Shown: positions 9,512-19,905, counted from the stretch's first letter. The stretch is DNA of 61,147 bases from Candidatus Woesearchaeota archaeon (GCA_016929895.1 JAFGHW010000048.1:1-61147); one strand, 5' to 3'. Translations and numbers: made by a program. The notes: generated by a model from the letters alone, not told the origin.

Positions 9512-11062
9512 TTAAACTGGTAAATAACAATTTTTATTACTTCTTAAACTTATCCATGACTCTATTTTAATGCCGGTTAATATTGCCAGTAGAGCCATTT
9601 TAAGAATAAAACTGTGAGTTTTATTCATGACAAATACCTGATTATAAATATCATTCCAAAAAGCATACTTGCCGTATTTAATTTCATTTAAACCTAGATT
9701 GAACAATAAAGTTTTTATTCCTTTTTTCTTGCAAAACTCTAAAATACTTATGTAATGAAAAAAATCAGAATTGTTTACAACAAATAATATGAAATCAAAA
9801 TCTTGATGTTTATTTTTTATTTTTTTAGCGCATAACACGCGCACTTTATTGTTTTTTGATAATTTATCTTTTAGATATCGGATTAATATCTTGTTTGAAA
9901 AATTGTATATCCCTATTTTGTTATTTTTTAATTTACTCAATTTTGATCTTTTGTATAAATAATCAATACCTGTTATAATATGGCCGCGAGATTCTTTTTC
10001 TACTTTTCTTAAAAAGTTTTTAAATTTTTTATATTGTTTTTTTTCATACAGCGATGGGTGTTTTATATGAATTTCTTTGCCCTTCTTTAATTTATAAAAG
10101 TTAGTTCTTTTTTCTCCGCGAATTAGCTTATAGAATTTGTTTCGTATAGAGGTTTGATTATAATTCTGTAGTAAATATCGGGTATCTGAACGAATTAAGC
10201 GGTTATTCGCCTTTTTAATAATTTTTTGATCATTTTTTTCTATAAGATCTTTGAAAGAAATAGCCCTTTTTGGAATATTTCCTATTTTTATGTTCCTGTT
10301 TATATTTAAATAGTCTAGAACAGTCTCAAAAATATCAATCACGCAAACAGGATTGTTGATTACTTTATGTTTTATATTGGATATTGATTTAGGAAGATGA
10401 ATAACTAAATTTGTTTTTAAAGTATCCTCGTCAACATAAAGAGAATGAACTTTTGGGTGCAGAAGCCAGCCTAAATAATGAAATTTACCGTAATCGATAT
10501 AACCGTGATCTGAAGACAGAATAAAAATAGAATCATCATATAATCTTTTATCTTTTAAGAAATTCACAATATCCGAAACTAATTTATCTCCATTTTCGTA
10601 AAAACCGGCATGGCAAAAGATGAAGTTTGGCTTTTTTTTATCCCAGTTATTGTTAACTAAAAATTTAAATTCTTCGAACATTTCATCATGATTGAACCAT
10701 TTTGTTCTATCTTTAATCTGCCGGGCGTTAATCTCATCTTGAAAATAAAGACGATTTGTATTATAAAACACCTGACTTTGGACATTATACCCTGCTTTTT
10801 TGAATCTTCTGAAATAATTATCTTCTTTGAATCGATGATTACTGAAATCAAAAAAACAAGGAAATAATCCATAAGCAAATCTGCCGGTTATTATCCCTGC
10901 AAAAGACATCAGAGTAGATGATGCTGAAGTTATAACTTCCTTAAAACTTATGTTTTCTTTTCCTAATGTATCAAAAGCCTTTAACCTAGAATGCATATCC
11001 TTGCCTGGCTTTGCTCTGTTGCCGTCCACAAGCACACAAAAAACATTAGGTTGTTTTTTCAT
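9512..11062 (-). CDS. Alkaline-phosphatase/sulfatase-superfamily hydrolase or transferase (Thr-type)
   Basis: KQPNVFCVLVDG, SSTLMSFAGIITG, ILSSDHG, VIDIFETVLD. No CxPxR sulfatase motif. Confidence 0.7.
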   Translation of the reverse strand: MKKQPNVFCVLVDGNRAKPGKDMHSRLKAFDTLGKENISFKEVITSASSTLMSFAGIITGRFAYGLFPCFFDFSNHRFKEDNYFRRFKKAGYNVQSQVFYNTNRLYFQDEINARQIKDRTKWFNHDEMFEEFKFLVNNNWDKKKPNFIFCHAGFYENGDKLVSDIVNFLKDKRLYDDSIFILSSDHGYIDYGKFHYLGWLLHPKVHSLYVDEDTLKTNLVIHLPKSISNIKHKVINNPVCVIDIFETVLDYLNINRNIKIGNIPKRAISFKDLIEKNDQKIIKKANNRLIRSDTRYLLQNYNQTSIRNKFYKLIRGEKRTNFYKLKKGKEIHIKHPSLYEKKQYKKFKNFLRKVEKESRGHIITGIDYLYKRSKLSKLKNNKIGIYNFSNKILIRYLKDKLSKNNKVRVLCAKKIKNKHQDFDFILFVVNNSDFFHYISILEFCKKKGIKTLLFNLGLNEIKYGKYAFWNDIYNQVFVMNKTHSFILKMALLAILTGIKIESWISLRSNKNCYLPV

Positions 11063-11184
11063 TTTTGTCTTTGTCTTTTTACATTTTTTAAATTATTTTT
11101 CTGTTTATAAACGTTATGGACGTTTGCTTTTGTTTGCTGTACAAGAATTATTTATTTTTCCTTTAAAGATACTATTGATGTCTA

Positions 11185-11844
11185 TTACGATACATTCTTT
11201 AATAAAATTTCCATTTCTATTAAATCTTTTTTATCTCGCCGAAATATTTTGTTAATGATAATAAGTTTTATTTTTTCCCATAAATTTCTTGCTTTTTTAT
11301 TTTTGTTGATTATATTAAAACCCAGTTTCTGGTATAAACTTATTGCTTTTGTATTGGTATTGTGAACTGCCAAAGTAATCAAGGGCACATTTAATCTCTT
11401 AGCTTCTTCGAAAACTAAACGCATTAATGTTTTGCCTAGACCTCTTCCTTGGGCAGAGCTATGCACGCCGATTCCGAACCATGGCTTTTGAGGATGATTT
11501 AGAGAAAATAGAATAGTCCAACTAACGAAATTGTAAACATTTTTTGGGATATTTCTAAATCTAAGCAAACCTGATATAGGCGGCAATTTTGGTGCCCTGC
11601 TTTGATTAATATTTTGTACAAAAGTGTGTCCAACGATATTTTGGTGTTTATTAACTGCAACTAAACTAATAGTTTTATTCTGAAATGTTTCTTTAATATG
11701 ACTTGCCATTGCCTCAAGTGTAAAAGGCCAAGGCTGGTAAAAAAATCTATCTTTACCAGAGAAAGCTAAATAGAAATTCAGCAATCTTTTTTCATCTCCT
11801 TTCTTTAGTTTACGTATTGATATTTCTTCATCGACTTTGTACAT
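11185..11844 (-). CDS. GNAT-family acetyltransferase
   Basis: GIGVHSSAQGRGLGKTL (motif A), NTKAISLYQKLGF. Confidence 0.9.
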   Translation of the reverse strand: MYKVDEEISIRKLKKGDEKRLLNFYLAFSGKDRFFYQPWPFTLEAMASHIKETFQNKTISLVAVNKHQNIVGHTFVQNINQSRAPKLPPISGLLRFRNIPKNVYNFVSWTILFSLNHPQKPWFGIGVHSSAQGRGLGKTLMRLVFEEAKRLNVPLITLAVHNTNTKAISLYQKLGFNIINKNKKARNLWEKIKLIIINKIFRRDKKDLIEMEILLKNVS

Positions 11845-11891
11845 ATGATTTGCCTTTTAACAATTTTATAAACTAAACTTTGCATTTATAT

Positions 11892-12905
11892 TTAAAAATT
11901 TCTTTTTTTATTATCTATCTTAATTATTTTTGAAAATACTTCTTTAAACCTCTTAACACTACTTTCTTTGTTATATTTTAAAGCCACTTTTTTGCATTTT
12001 TCTCCAAGTTTCTTTTTCTTGTTAGGATTCTTTTGTAATTTAATAAGACGATTTGCAATAAGATCAGCATCTAATTCACAAATAAGAGATTTATCTACTT
12101 GTTCAACGATATCTTTGGCGCCGCAATATTTTGAAATGACTGGAGGAATACCAACGTACATAGCTTCAATAATATTCACCCCAAAAGGCTCGAGACGGGC
12201 GGCATTTAGGTACAACCCGCTTTTATTCAAGTAAGGCACAGGATCGCAAAGACCTGGAGTAATCACATTATTTTCTTTTTTAAGAATTCTTGCGTATTCT
12301 CCCCAATCACATACAAATAATTTAGATTTAGGAAATTTTTTATTAAATTTCTTAAAAGAATCAAGCATTATATCTGCGCCTTTTGAATGTCTTGCAGTAG
12401 AGATGGTGCATATGTTTGAACTTTTTAAATTGCCTGTTTTATTTTTGAATTTATTGGTATCAACAAAAGGATGAACAATATAACAAGGGGCCTTTGAGTA
12501 TTTTGAGGCCATTTCTTTCATAATAGAAGAAGTGCAAATAAAATAATCCACTTTTTTGATGTACCATTCATAAATCTTTTTTATTATTCCTTTTTGTTTT
12601 GGATAGTTTAAAAAAAAAGTGTCACTATTTATCAAAATAATCTTTGTGCCTTTTCTTTTGTTTAAAATTGCGGGTAAAATAGTTTTGAATCCTTCAACAA
12701 CATAAATATCTGCTTTTGGCGTATTAATTGATTTAAGTAACGCAAAAAATTGATTAACAACAGAATTTAAATAAATAAAATCCCTAAGCGGCTTTATTTT
12801 ACAGATAAAATTAGGAATATACGCAGTAAAATTATTTGTAACATTCTCTAACCAGGTTTTGTGAATGTCGTGGGGAGAACCTTGGCATATAAAAACAATT
12901 TTCAT
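11892..12905 (-). CDS. GT4 glycosyltransferase
   Basis: HSKGAD, EPFGVNIIEAM. Confidence 0.9.
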   Translation of the reverse strand: MKIVFICQGSPHDIHKTWLENVTNNFTAYIPNFICKIKPLRDFIYLNSVVNQFFALLKSINTPKADIYVVEGFKTILPAILNKRKGTKIILINSDTFFLNYPKQKGIIKKIYEWYIKKVDYFICTSSIMKEMASKYSKAPCYIVHPFVDTNKFKNKTGNLKSSNICTISTARHSKGADIMLDSFKKFNKKFPKSKLFVCDWGEYARILKKENNVITPGLCDPVPYLNKSGLYLNAARLEPFGVNIIEAMYVGIPPVISKYCGAKDIVEQVDKSLICELDADLIANRLIKLQKNPNKKKKLGEKCKKVALKYNKESSVKRFKEVFSKIIKIDNKKRNF

Positions 12906-12927
12906 ATTGAAAAAGACATAATTGTGT

Positions 12928-12968
12928 TTTATAAATGTTATGTACTTAGTATAGATAATTATTTAAAT
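12928..12968. promoter_or_regulatory. Divergent TATA boxes
   Basis: Minus-strand TAACA-TTTATAAA at 12928-12935, 22 nt from ATG 12905. Plus-strand TTTAAAT at 12962-12968. Confidence 0.55.
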
Positions 12969-12994
12969 CTATTAAAAATTTTTTAGTTGTTAAA

Positions 12995-13747
12995 ATGAAA
13001 AAACCAACGGTGTTTATATGTTCTTTTGAAAAAGAGAGTTTGACTTATGTTTTTAAAAAAGGCATTGAAGCCATTTACTCTAAAGGATTAGTATACGTTA
13101 TATTTGCTGGATTTAACAGACTTTATAAAAGAACTATGCGCCCTTTTTTATTTTTTAGGGGCAGGAAGTCTTTTATTTTTGATGAAAAACGACTCAAATA
13201 TTTTTGTTCAGGCGATGCTGCTTTTAGTGAGCGCGTTATAGAAATACCTCTTATTACTCATTTCTTGAGGATAAACAAAAAAAAGATAGTTCTGGAAATA
13301 GGCAATGTTTTAAATTCCTATAAGAATTATACTTCCTACGTTGTTGATAAATACGAGAAAGCGAAAAGAGTGATAAATGAAGATATAATAGATTATAACC
13401 CTAAAATAAAATGTGATGTTGCTGTAAGTATTTCAACACTAGAACATGTAGGGTGGGATGAACGCCCCAAAAATTCTAAAAATTTTTTAAAAGCTATTAA
13501 AAATATAAGAAAGAACTGCTTAAAAAAAGGCGGACAATTAATTTTTACTGTTCCTTTGGGTTATAATACGTACATGGACTATATTTTAAAGCATAATAAA
13601 ATAAGGTTGCATAAAAAATACTTTTTTAAAAGAATCTCTTTAAATAACCAATGGATTTTAACATCTGAAAAAGAAGCATTTTCTAAAAAATATAATTTTC
13701 CGTATGAATGTGCTAATGCAATAATGCTTGGAATATTGCAAAAATAG
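12995..13747 (+). CDS. Class I SAM-dependent methyltransferase-like protein
   Basis: SERVIEIP, VLEIGN, DVAVSISTLEHVG, LKKGGQLIFTVP. Confidence 0.75.
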   Translation: MKKPTVFICSFEKESLTYVFKKGIEAIYSKGLVYVIFAGFNRLYKRTMRPFLFFRGRKSFIFDEKRLKYFCSGDAAFSERVIEIPLITHFLRINKKKIVLEIGNVLNSYKNYTSYVVDKYEKAKRVINEDIIDYNPKIKCDVAVSISTLEHVGWDERPKNSKNFLKAIKNIRKNCLKKGGQLIFTVPLGYNTYMDYILKHNKIRLHKKYFFKRISLNNQWILTSEKEAFSKKYNFPYECANAIMLGILQK

Positions 13748-13791
13748 ATATTTTTGATAAAATAAGCAATAAGAATTTATAGTCCAAAAGA

Positions 13792-13799
13792 TTTAAATA
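13792..13799 (+). promoter_or_regulatory. BRE-TATA (CAAAAGA-TTTAAATA)
   Basis: 22 nt before ATG 13822. Confidence 0.6.
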
Positions 13800-13821
13800 G
13801 GCCAAATTAACCTTTTGTTTG

Positions 13822-15267
13822 ATGAAATTTAAAAGAATTCTGTTAATAGTACCTCCTTTTCCAGGTGTTAATCAAGGAAAAAATGTGCTCTTATTGGGGG
13901 TTGGGTATATTTCTCAATATTTGTTAGATAATGGTATACAAAATACGGTTTTTGATATGCGTCTTGGATATTCTGTAAAAGATCTTAAAAAAATAATTTT
14001 AGAATATCGACCGGACTTAATAGGCATGCAGATAATGACATATCGGCATGACATTGCATATGATATCATAAATGAGATTGTAGGCGGAAATTATAAGATT
14101 GTTCTTGGAGGGCACCACGTCTCTACTATTGATGCAGAGATACTCCGACAAACAAAAGCAGATTTTGCTATACGAATGGAAGGAGAAGATGCAATGCTAG
14201 AATTATGCCAAGGAAAACCTTATGAAACAATAAAAAATCTGATTTACCGTAAAGATGGCAAAATAATACAAAATTCTTTGCGTCCGTTTATAGAAGATCT
14301 TGATAGACTAACTTTTCCAAGATACGAACGCTTTGAATTATCAAAATACGATGAGCAATTACCAATTACAACTTCAAGAGGATGCCCGTTTCAATGTATT
14401 TACTGTCCTTGCGCAGCTACTATTGGTCGGCTATTCCGCGTTAGAAGCCCAGAAGATGTAATTAAAGAACTTAATTATTGGTATCATAAAGGTCATAAAA
14501 GATTTGCTTTTGTAGATGATAATTTCACACTCTTCCCGGAAAGAGTTCATAAATTATGCAGGTTAATAGAAAAAAATTGTTTGAAAGATTTAGATATTTA
14601 TTGTCAGGGAATACGCGCAGATAAAGTAAATCTAGAGCTTCTTAAAACTATGAGAAAAGCTGGATTTAGCCAATTAGGAATTGGCGTTGAAGTTGGCAAT
14701 GATAAAATGTTAAAAATAATTAAAAAGGGAGAAAAAAGAGAACACATAGAACAAGCTGCACAATGGGCTATTGAAGTAGGGTTTGATGTTCAATTTTATT
14801 GTATGATTGGTCTTCCGTACGAAACTGTTCAAGATGTGGAGGAGACTTTTCAACTTGCTTTAAAATTCCCAATAGCCGATGTTCATTTTCATAATGTTAT
14901 CCCTTTTCCAAAAACAGAACTTTATGAATGGGTTAAAAAAAATAATTACTCAATCGGCGATCTTGATAAATCTCTTATTGATAGAGAGCATTTTTCAAGA
15001 CAACCTTTTTTTGAAACACCAGAACTTCCTGCAAAAGAAAGAATACGCCTTCTTAAAAAAGCGCAAAAAATCGAGAAAATAGTTTTAAAACATTATTTTA
15101 CTCGTAAAATGACGCCTTCTTTTGGAAGATTTTCTGGCCTTCTAGCATTTTTTTTCTTTTTTGGTCCGATACATAAATTAGTAACTATAACTTTCCAAAC
15201 TAAAATGGGAAAATTTTTTATTAGAACTTTTTTAGATAAATACCATATAGACGTTCATTATTATTGA
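13822..15267 (+). CDS. Cobalamin-binding radical SAM protein
   Basis: N-terminal B12-binding fold (LGVGYI, IVLGGHH, EGE), TSRGCPFQCIYC, FVDDNF, MIGLP. ATG 13822 preferred to TTG 13819. Confidence 0.9.
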   Translation: MKFKRILLIVPPFPGVNQGKNVLLLGVGYISQYLLDNGIQNTVFDMRLGYSVKDLKKIILEYRPDLIGMQIMTYRHDIAYDIINEIVGGNYKIVLGGHHVSTIDAEILRQTKADFAIRMEGEDAMLELCQGKPYETIKNLIYRKDGKIIQNSLRPFIEDLDRLTFPRYERFELSKYDEQLPITTSRGCPFQCIYCPCAATIGRLFRVRSPEDVIKELNYWYHKGHKRFAFVDDNFTLFPERVHKLCRLIEKNCLKDLDIYCQGIRADKVNLELLKTMRKAGFSQLGIGVEVGNDKMLKIIKKGEKREHIEQAAQWAIEVGFDVQFYCMIGLPYETVQDVEETFQLALKFPIADVHFHNVIPFPKTELYEWVKKNNYSIGDLDKSLIDREHFSRQPFFETPELPAKERIRLLKKAQKIEKIVLKHYFTRKMTPSFGRFSGLLAFFFFFGPIHKLVTITFQTKMGKFFIRTFLDKYHIDVHYY

Positions 15268-15303
15268 GTTAGTTTACACAAATTACGTCGCGGGGTTATA
15301 TTA

Positions 15304-16422
15304 ATGAGAATAAAATGTTTTACACCATCTAATTTTGTAACAGGAGGAGTTGCACAGTGCAGTCATTCTATAAAATTATCTCTCGATAAAAGAGGCAAGA
15401 AAATCAGAATAGAACCAAATGACCAATTTGACACAAGCAATCCTTTTTATTTTATAAAAAAAGCTCTGCGGAGCAGTAATTGCGACGTTCTTTTAGTTCA
15501 GTATAACGCCGATCTTTTTGGAAACCTATTTGGAGTCAATGGGGTTTATGCTTTTATCTTTTATTTTTTAGTAAAACTAGCTAATGTAAAAATAGCGACA
15601 ACGATTCATGATATCCCGGCATTAAATAAATATACTAAATTTCAACAAAAAGTATTAAGACTATTATTTTTTCCGGTTTTATTTTATAGCGATAAAATAA
15701 CAGTGCATACAAATGAAGCAAGGTCTCTTATTCTTGAATATGGTTGTAAAAAAGATAAATTAGTAAAAGTTGAACATGGCATAAATGTTGCTGGCATAAA
15801 AATACAAAATAAAAATGTCGCAAAAAAGAAAATTAGAAAAAAAAATAAAAAAATAATATTCGCGTGGGGATTTATACGACCCTCTAAGGGTTATGAAAAA
15901 GTTATTGCGGTTATGCCAAAATTGTCTAAAGAAATCGTATTTATTATTGCGGGGCCTGTATACAACAGAAATAAAAAAAATCGCGCATCTGTTGATTTAA
16001 AATATTGCAATTATTTAAAAGCGTTAACAAGACGATTAAAACTAAATAAACGCATTTTTATTGAAGATAGACGGCTAACAGATAAAGAAATCGAGCTGTA
16101 TATGAGTGCTGCAGATATTTCTATATTACCTTATAAGTTTATTACCCAATCAGGAGTTTTATCTAGGTCTTTTGCGTATAAAAGGATAATCCTTGCATCA
16201 AATGTGCCTCCATTTCCATCAATAAAAAAAGATTATGGAAGCATAGAAACGTATAAATTAAACGATGAAGAAGATTTGATAAACAAAATAAAATTATTGT
16301 TATACAACAAAAGAAGAATTAAGAATCTTAATAAAAAAGTAGAACAAATCCGTAAAATAAGAGATTGGGATAATATAAGTATCCAATTGTGGGATTTATT
16401 TGAAAACATTTATAAATTATAA
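15304..16422 (+). CDS. GT4 glycosyltransferase (paralog of 18750..19880)
   Basis: WGFIRPSKG, AADISILPY, TQSGVL. Confidence 0.85.
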   Translation: MRIKCFTPSNFVTGGVAQCSHSIKLSLDKRGKKIRIEPNDQFDTSNPFYFIKKALRSSNCDVLLVQYNADLFGNLFGVNGVYAFIFYFLVKLANVKIATTIHDIPALNKYTKFQQKVLRLLFFPVLFYSDKITVHTNEARSLILEYGCKKDKLVKVEHGINVAGIKIQNKNVAKKKIRKKNKKIIFAWGFIRPSKGYEKVIAVMPKLSKEIVFIIAGPVYNRNKKNRASVDLKYCNYLKALTRRLKLNKRIFIEDRRLTDKEIELYMSAADISILPYKFITQSGVLSRSFAYKRIILASNVPPFPSIKKDYGSIETYKLNDEEDLINKIKLLLYNKRRIKNLNKKVEQIRKIRDWDNISIQLWDLFENIYKL

Positions 16423-16446
16423 ACCACCCTCTTGGTGATGTAAAAA

Positions 16447-17499
16447 ATGAAAATAGCTTTAATAACAGGAATAACTGGTCAAGATGGAGTATATTTAGCA
16501 GACTTTTTATTGAAAAAAGGATACGACGTATATGGAGGATTCCGCCGATTAAGTACGCCCAATTTTTGGAGATTAAAAGATATGGAAGTATTCGATAAAA
16601 TTAAATTAGTTCCATTGGATCTTTCAGATCAAAGTTCTATGATGAACTTTTTAGAAAAGATAAAGCCTGATGAAATTTATAATCTGGCTGCGCAAAGTTT
16701 TGTGGGAGTCTCTTTTGAACAGCCAATTCATTCTGGCGATATAACCGGGTTAGGAGTAACAAGATTAATAGATACGATTAGAACATTAAGCCCTAAATCA
16801 AAATTTTACCAAGCATCTTCCAGTGAAATGTATGGAGATGTAGGCGATGCTGTGCCGCAAGATGAAACTACTGTATTTAAACCAAGAAGCCCTTATGCTG
16901 CCGCAAAAACTTATGCTCATTATATTGTTCAAAATTATAGAAGCGCCTATAACCTTTATGCATGTTCAGGAATATTGTTTAACCATGAATCACCGTATAG
17001 AGGAATAGAATTTGTAACAAGAAAAATTACCAATGCTGTTGCAAGAATTAAACTGGGATTGCAAAAAGAATTAACTTTAGGCAATATAGATGCTCAAAGA
17101 GATTGGGGCTTTGCGGGAGATTATGTTCAAGCAATGTGGATGATGCTTCAGCAGGACAAGCCCGATGATTATGTGATCGCAACTAATGAAGCATATACAG
17201 TCAGAGATTTTGCTAAAAAATCATTTGAGATTGCAGGATTAAATTATGAAGACTATACAAAAACTGATACGAAATTTATGAGACCATCTGATGTTCATCT
17301 ATTAAAAGGAAATCCTCAAAAAGCAAAAGATAAAATGGGCTGGGAACCAAAAGTTAATTTTAATGAATTAATAAAAATGATGGTAGAGCGAGATATCCAA
17401 AGATGGCGAAGATATCTGAAAGGAGAAGTTTTTCCATGGGACGCCATAAATGCAGAAGGCTGGGAAGTAACTTCTTTACCATCCTATAGGTTTACATAA
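16447..17499 (+). CDS. gmd: GDP-mannose 4,6-dehydratase
   Basis: ALITGITGQDG, YNLAAQSFV, FYQASSSEMYG, SPYAAAK, LFNHESP, FVTRKIT, RDWG. GGTGA SD. Confidence 0.97.
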   Translation: MKIALITGITGQDGVYLADFLLKKGYDVYGGFRRLSTPNFWRLKDMEVFDKIKLVPLDLSDQSSMMNFLEKIKPDEIYNLAAQSFVGVSFEQPIHSGDITGLGVTRLIDTIRTLSPKSKFYQASSSEMYGDVGDAVPQDETTVFKPRSPYAAAKTYAHYIVQNYRSAYNLYACSGILFNHESPYRGIEFVTRKITNAVARIKLGLQKELTLGNIDAQRDWGFAGDYVQAMWMMLQQDKPDDYVIATNEAYTVRDFAKKSFEIAGLNYEDYTKTDTKFMRPSDVHLLKGNPQKAKDKMGWEPKVNFNELIKMMVERDIQRWRRYLKGEVFPWDAINAEGWEVTSLPSYRFT

Positions 17500-17500
17500 T

Positions 17501-18661
17501 ATGGAAAAAGAAAATATTAAAACAATACCCGTATGTACAATTACGCTCCGTGGCAATGAAAGAAAATATGTGGAGAATTGTCTTTATACCGGTTGGATAT
17601 CTTCCAAAGGAAAATATGTCGAACTATTTGAAAAGAAGTTTGCAGATTTTTGTAATGTGAAATTTGCTGTTTCTTGTGTTAATGGAACTGCTGCACTGCA
17701 TTTAGCGTTAGAATCTCTAGGTATTACTCAAGGAGATGAAGTTATTATTCCAGATTTCACATTTGTTGCCACCGCAAATGCTGTACGCTATTCCCGGGCG
17801 AAACCTATTTTAGTTGATTCCGAATTAGATACTTGGAATATTGATGTTGACAGAATCGAAGAAAAAATAACTCCAAAAACAAAAGCAATAATTCCCGTGC
17901 ATATATATGGACATCCTGTAAATATGGATCAGATTAAAAAAATTGCAAAAAAATATAGTTTATATGTTATTGAAGATGCTGCGCAAGCACACGGAGCAGA
18001 ATATAAAGGGAAAAAGGCGGGTAGTTTAGGCGATGTTGGATGCTTTAGTTTCTTTGCGAATAAAATAATAACCACTGGTGAAGGAGGTATGCTTGTAACA
18101 GACAATGAAAAAGTAGCTAATAGAGCAAAATCGCTTCGAAATCACGCGTCTGACACTAAATTGTTTAACGTCAATAGGTATTTTCATGAAGCGCTAGGAT
18201 ATAATTATAGGATGAGTAATATACATGCGGCTGTTGGTCTAGCACAAATGGAATATGCCCAAGATTTAGTCGACGCGAGAATTGAAAATGCAAAGAAATA
18301 TCATTCATTATTAAAGGATATTCCAGGACTAACTCTTCCTCTTTGCAAATCATGGGCAAAAAATGTTTATTGGATGTATAGCATATTGGTCAAACCTGAA
18401 TTTGGTATAACAAAAAATGAATTGATGGCGGCGCTGTATAATCAAGAGATAGGGACAAGATCTTTTTTTTATCCTATAAGCAGGCAACCTGCTTATTCAA
18501 AAGACAAATATATTTTGGGTAATTTTAATACTCAAGAATTAAAAATATCCAATTTGCTTTATGAACAAGGATTAACCCTTCCTTCAAGCAGCTCATTAAC
18601 AATTGAAGAAATAAAAAGAGTTGCAGAAACTATTAGAAGTTTGTCATTGCAAAAATCTTAA
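17501..18661 (+). CDS. per: DegT/DnrJ aminotransferase, probable GDP-perosamine synthase
   Basis: GWISSKG, NGTAALHL, IEDAAQA, FSFFANKIITTGEGG, GYNYRM. Directly follows gmd. Confidence 0.8.
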   Translation: MEKENIKTIPVCTITLRGNERKYVENCLYTGWISSKGKYVELFEKKFADFCNVKFAVSCVNGTAALHLALESLGITQGDEVIIPDFTFVATANAVRYSRAKPILVDSELDTWNIDVDRIEEKITPKTKAIIPVHIYGHPVNMDQIKKIAKKYSLYVIEDAAQAHGAEYKGKKAGSLGDVGCFSFFANKIITTGEGGMLVTDNEKVANRAKSLRNHASDTKLFNVNRYFHEALGYNYRMSNIHAAVGLAQMEYAQDLVDARIENAKKYHSLLKDIPGLTLPLCKSWAKNVYWMYSILVKPEFGITKNELMAALYNQEIGTRSFFYPISRQPAYSKDKYILGNFNTQELKISNLLYEQGLTLPSSSSLTIEEIKRVAETIRSLSLQKS

Positions 18662-18749
18662 TCAATGTATCCAGTTAAATATTTCTTTATAAACATTGTG
18701 GATAACTAATGTATAATCTTTTTAAAAAAAAGAAAGCAATTTAAATGAT

Positions 18750-19880
18750 ATGAACGCTAAATTTTTTGCGCCCTTAGGACCGGGAGGCGGGGGAAGCACA
18801 GAATACAGTTTAGCTATTCAAAGAAGTCTTGTAAAAGCAAACAAAAAAATAGAACTGCTTAATAATCCTAATCATATCACAAAAAATCCTCTTTATTTCA
18901 TAAATAAGGCAAGGAAGTGCCGAAATTGTGATGTTTTATTAACTCACTTTAATACCAATCTTTTTGGCAGATTATTTGGGATAAATGGTGTCTATTCTTT
19001 ATTGTATTACTTCCTAGTTTCATTAAAAGGGCCTAAAATAGTAACAATAATACACGACATTCCCAAACTAAGAAAATATTCTTTGTTTAGTCAATTATGC
19101 CTAAAAATTTTATATTTTCCCATATTTTTCTTTGGAACACAAGTAATAGTGCATAATCCTATCGCCAAAATGGATATTTTAAAATACGGATGCCCAAAAA
19201 ACAAGATAAAAATAATCGAGCATGGGATTGATATAGATACTATAAAAATACAAAACAACAAAATAGCTAAAAAGAAAATCGGTTTTCCTAATAAAAAAAT
19301 ACTTCTTTCATGGGGATATATTCGACCGTCTAAAAATAATGAAGAAATAATAAAAATAATGCCACAACTACCAAAAAATGTTATATTTATAGTTGTTGGG
19401 CCGGGCTGGCATGACGACAAAAAGAATTCATCGCCTGAAGACAAAAAATATTTTGAATACTTGTGTAGATTAACAAAACAGAACAAATTAAGTGACAGAG
19501 TATTTTTGTACCCTAAAAAATTAAGCGCCGAAGAAATAAGCAATTATATGAGCGCGGCAGACATATCGGTACTTCCGTACAAATTTTCAACACAATCAGG
19601 AGTCTTATCTAAATCATGGGCGTATAAAAGAATAGTGCTTGCATCTGATGTTTCTCCATTTTCTTATCTAAAGAAAAAATATAATGCTTTGGAAACATTT
19701 CAATTAGGCAATGAACAAGATCTGGTTAATACAATAAAATCTCTTTTATCGGATTCTAAAAAAATATCAATTTTACACAAAAATATTAGTGCTGTGCGCA
19801 AAAAAAGAGACTGGAATGTGATTTCTTGGGAGTTTTGGGATCTATTGGAAAAAGTTTATAAAGAAAAACAAAAGAAATAA
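18750..19880 (+). CDS. GT4 glycosyltransferase (paralog of 15304..16422)
   Basis: WGYIRPSK, AADISVLPY, TQSGVL. TATA at 18719-18726. Confidence 0.85.
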   Translation: MNAKFFAPLGPGGGGSTEYSLAIQRSLVKANKKIELLNNPNHITKNPLYFINKARKCRNCDVLLTHFNTNLFGRLFGINGVYSLLYYFLVSLKGPKIVTIIHDIPKLRKYSLFSQLCLKILYFPIFFFGTQVIVHNPIAKMDILKYGCPKNKIKIIEHGIDIDTIKIQNNKIAKKKIGFPNKKILLSWGYIRPSKNNEEIIKIMPQLPKNVIFIVVGPGWHDDKKNSSPEDKKYFEYLCRLTKQNKLSDRVFLYPKKLSAEEISNYMSAADISVLPYKFSTQSGVLSKSWAYKRIVLASDVSPFSYLKKKYNALETFQLGNEQDLVNTIKSLLSDSKKISILHKNISAVRKKRDWNVISWEFWDLLEKVYKEKQKK

Positions 19881-19905
19881 AAATATAATATGTAACAGAT
19901 GCTTT

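Noticed and set aside
9512..11062. Formylglycine-dependent sulfatase matured by the SPASM enzyme
   Set aside because: It lacks the C/SxPxR motif.
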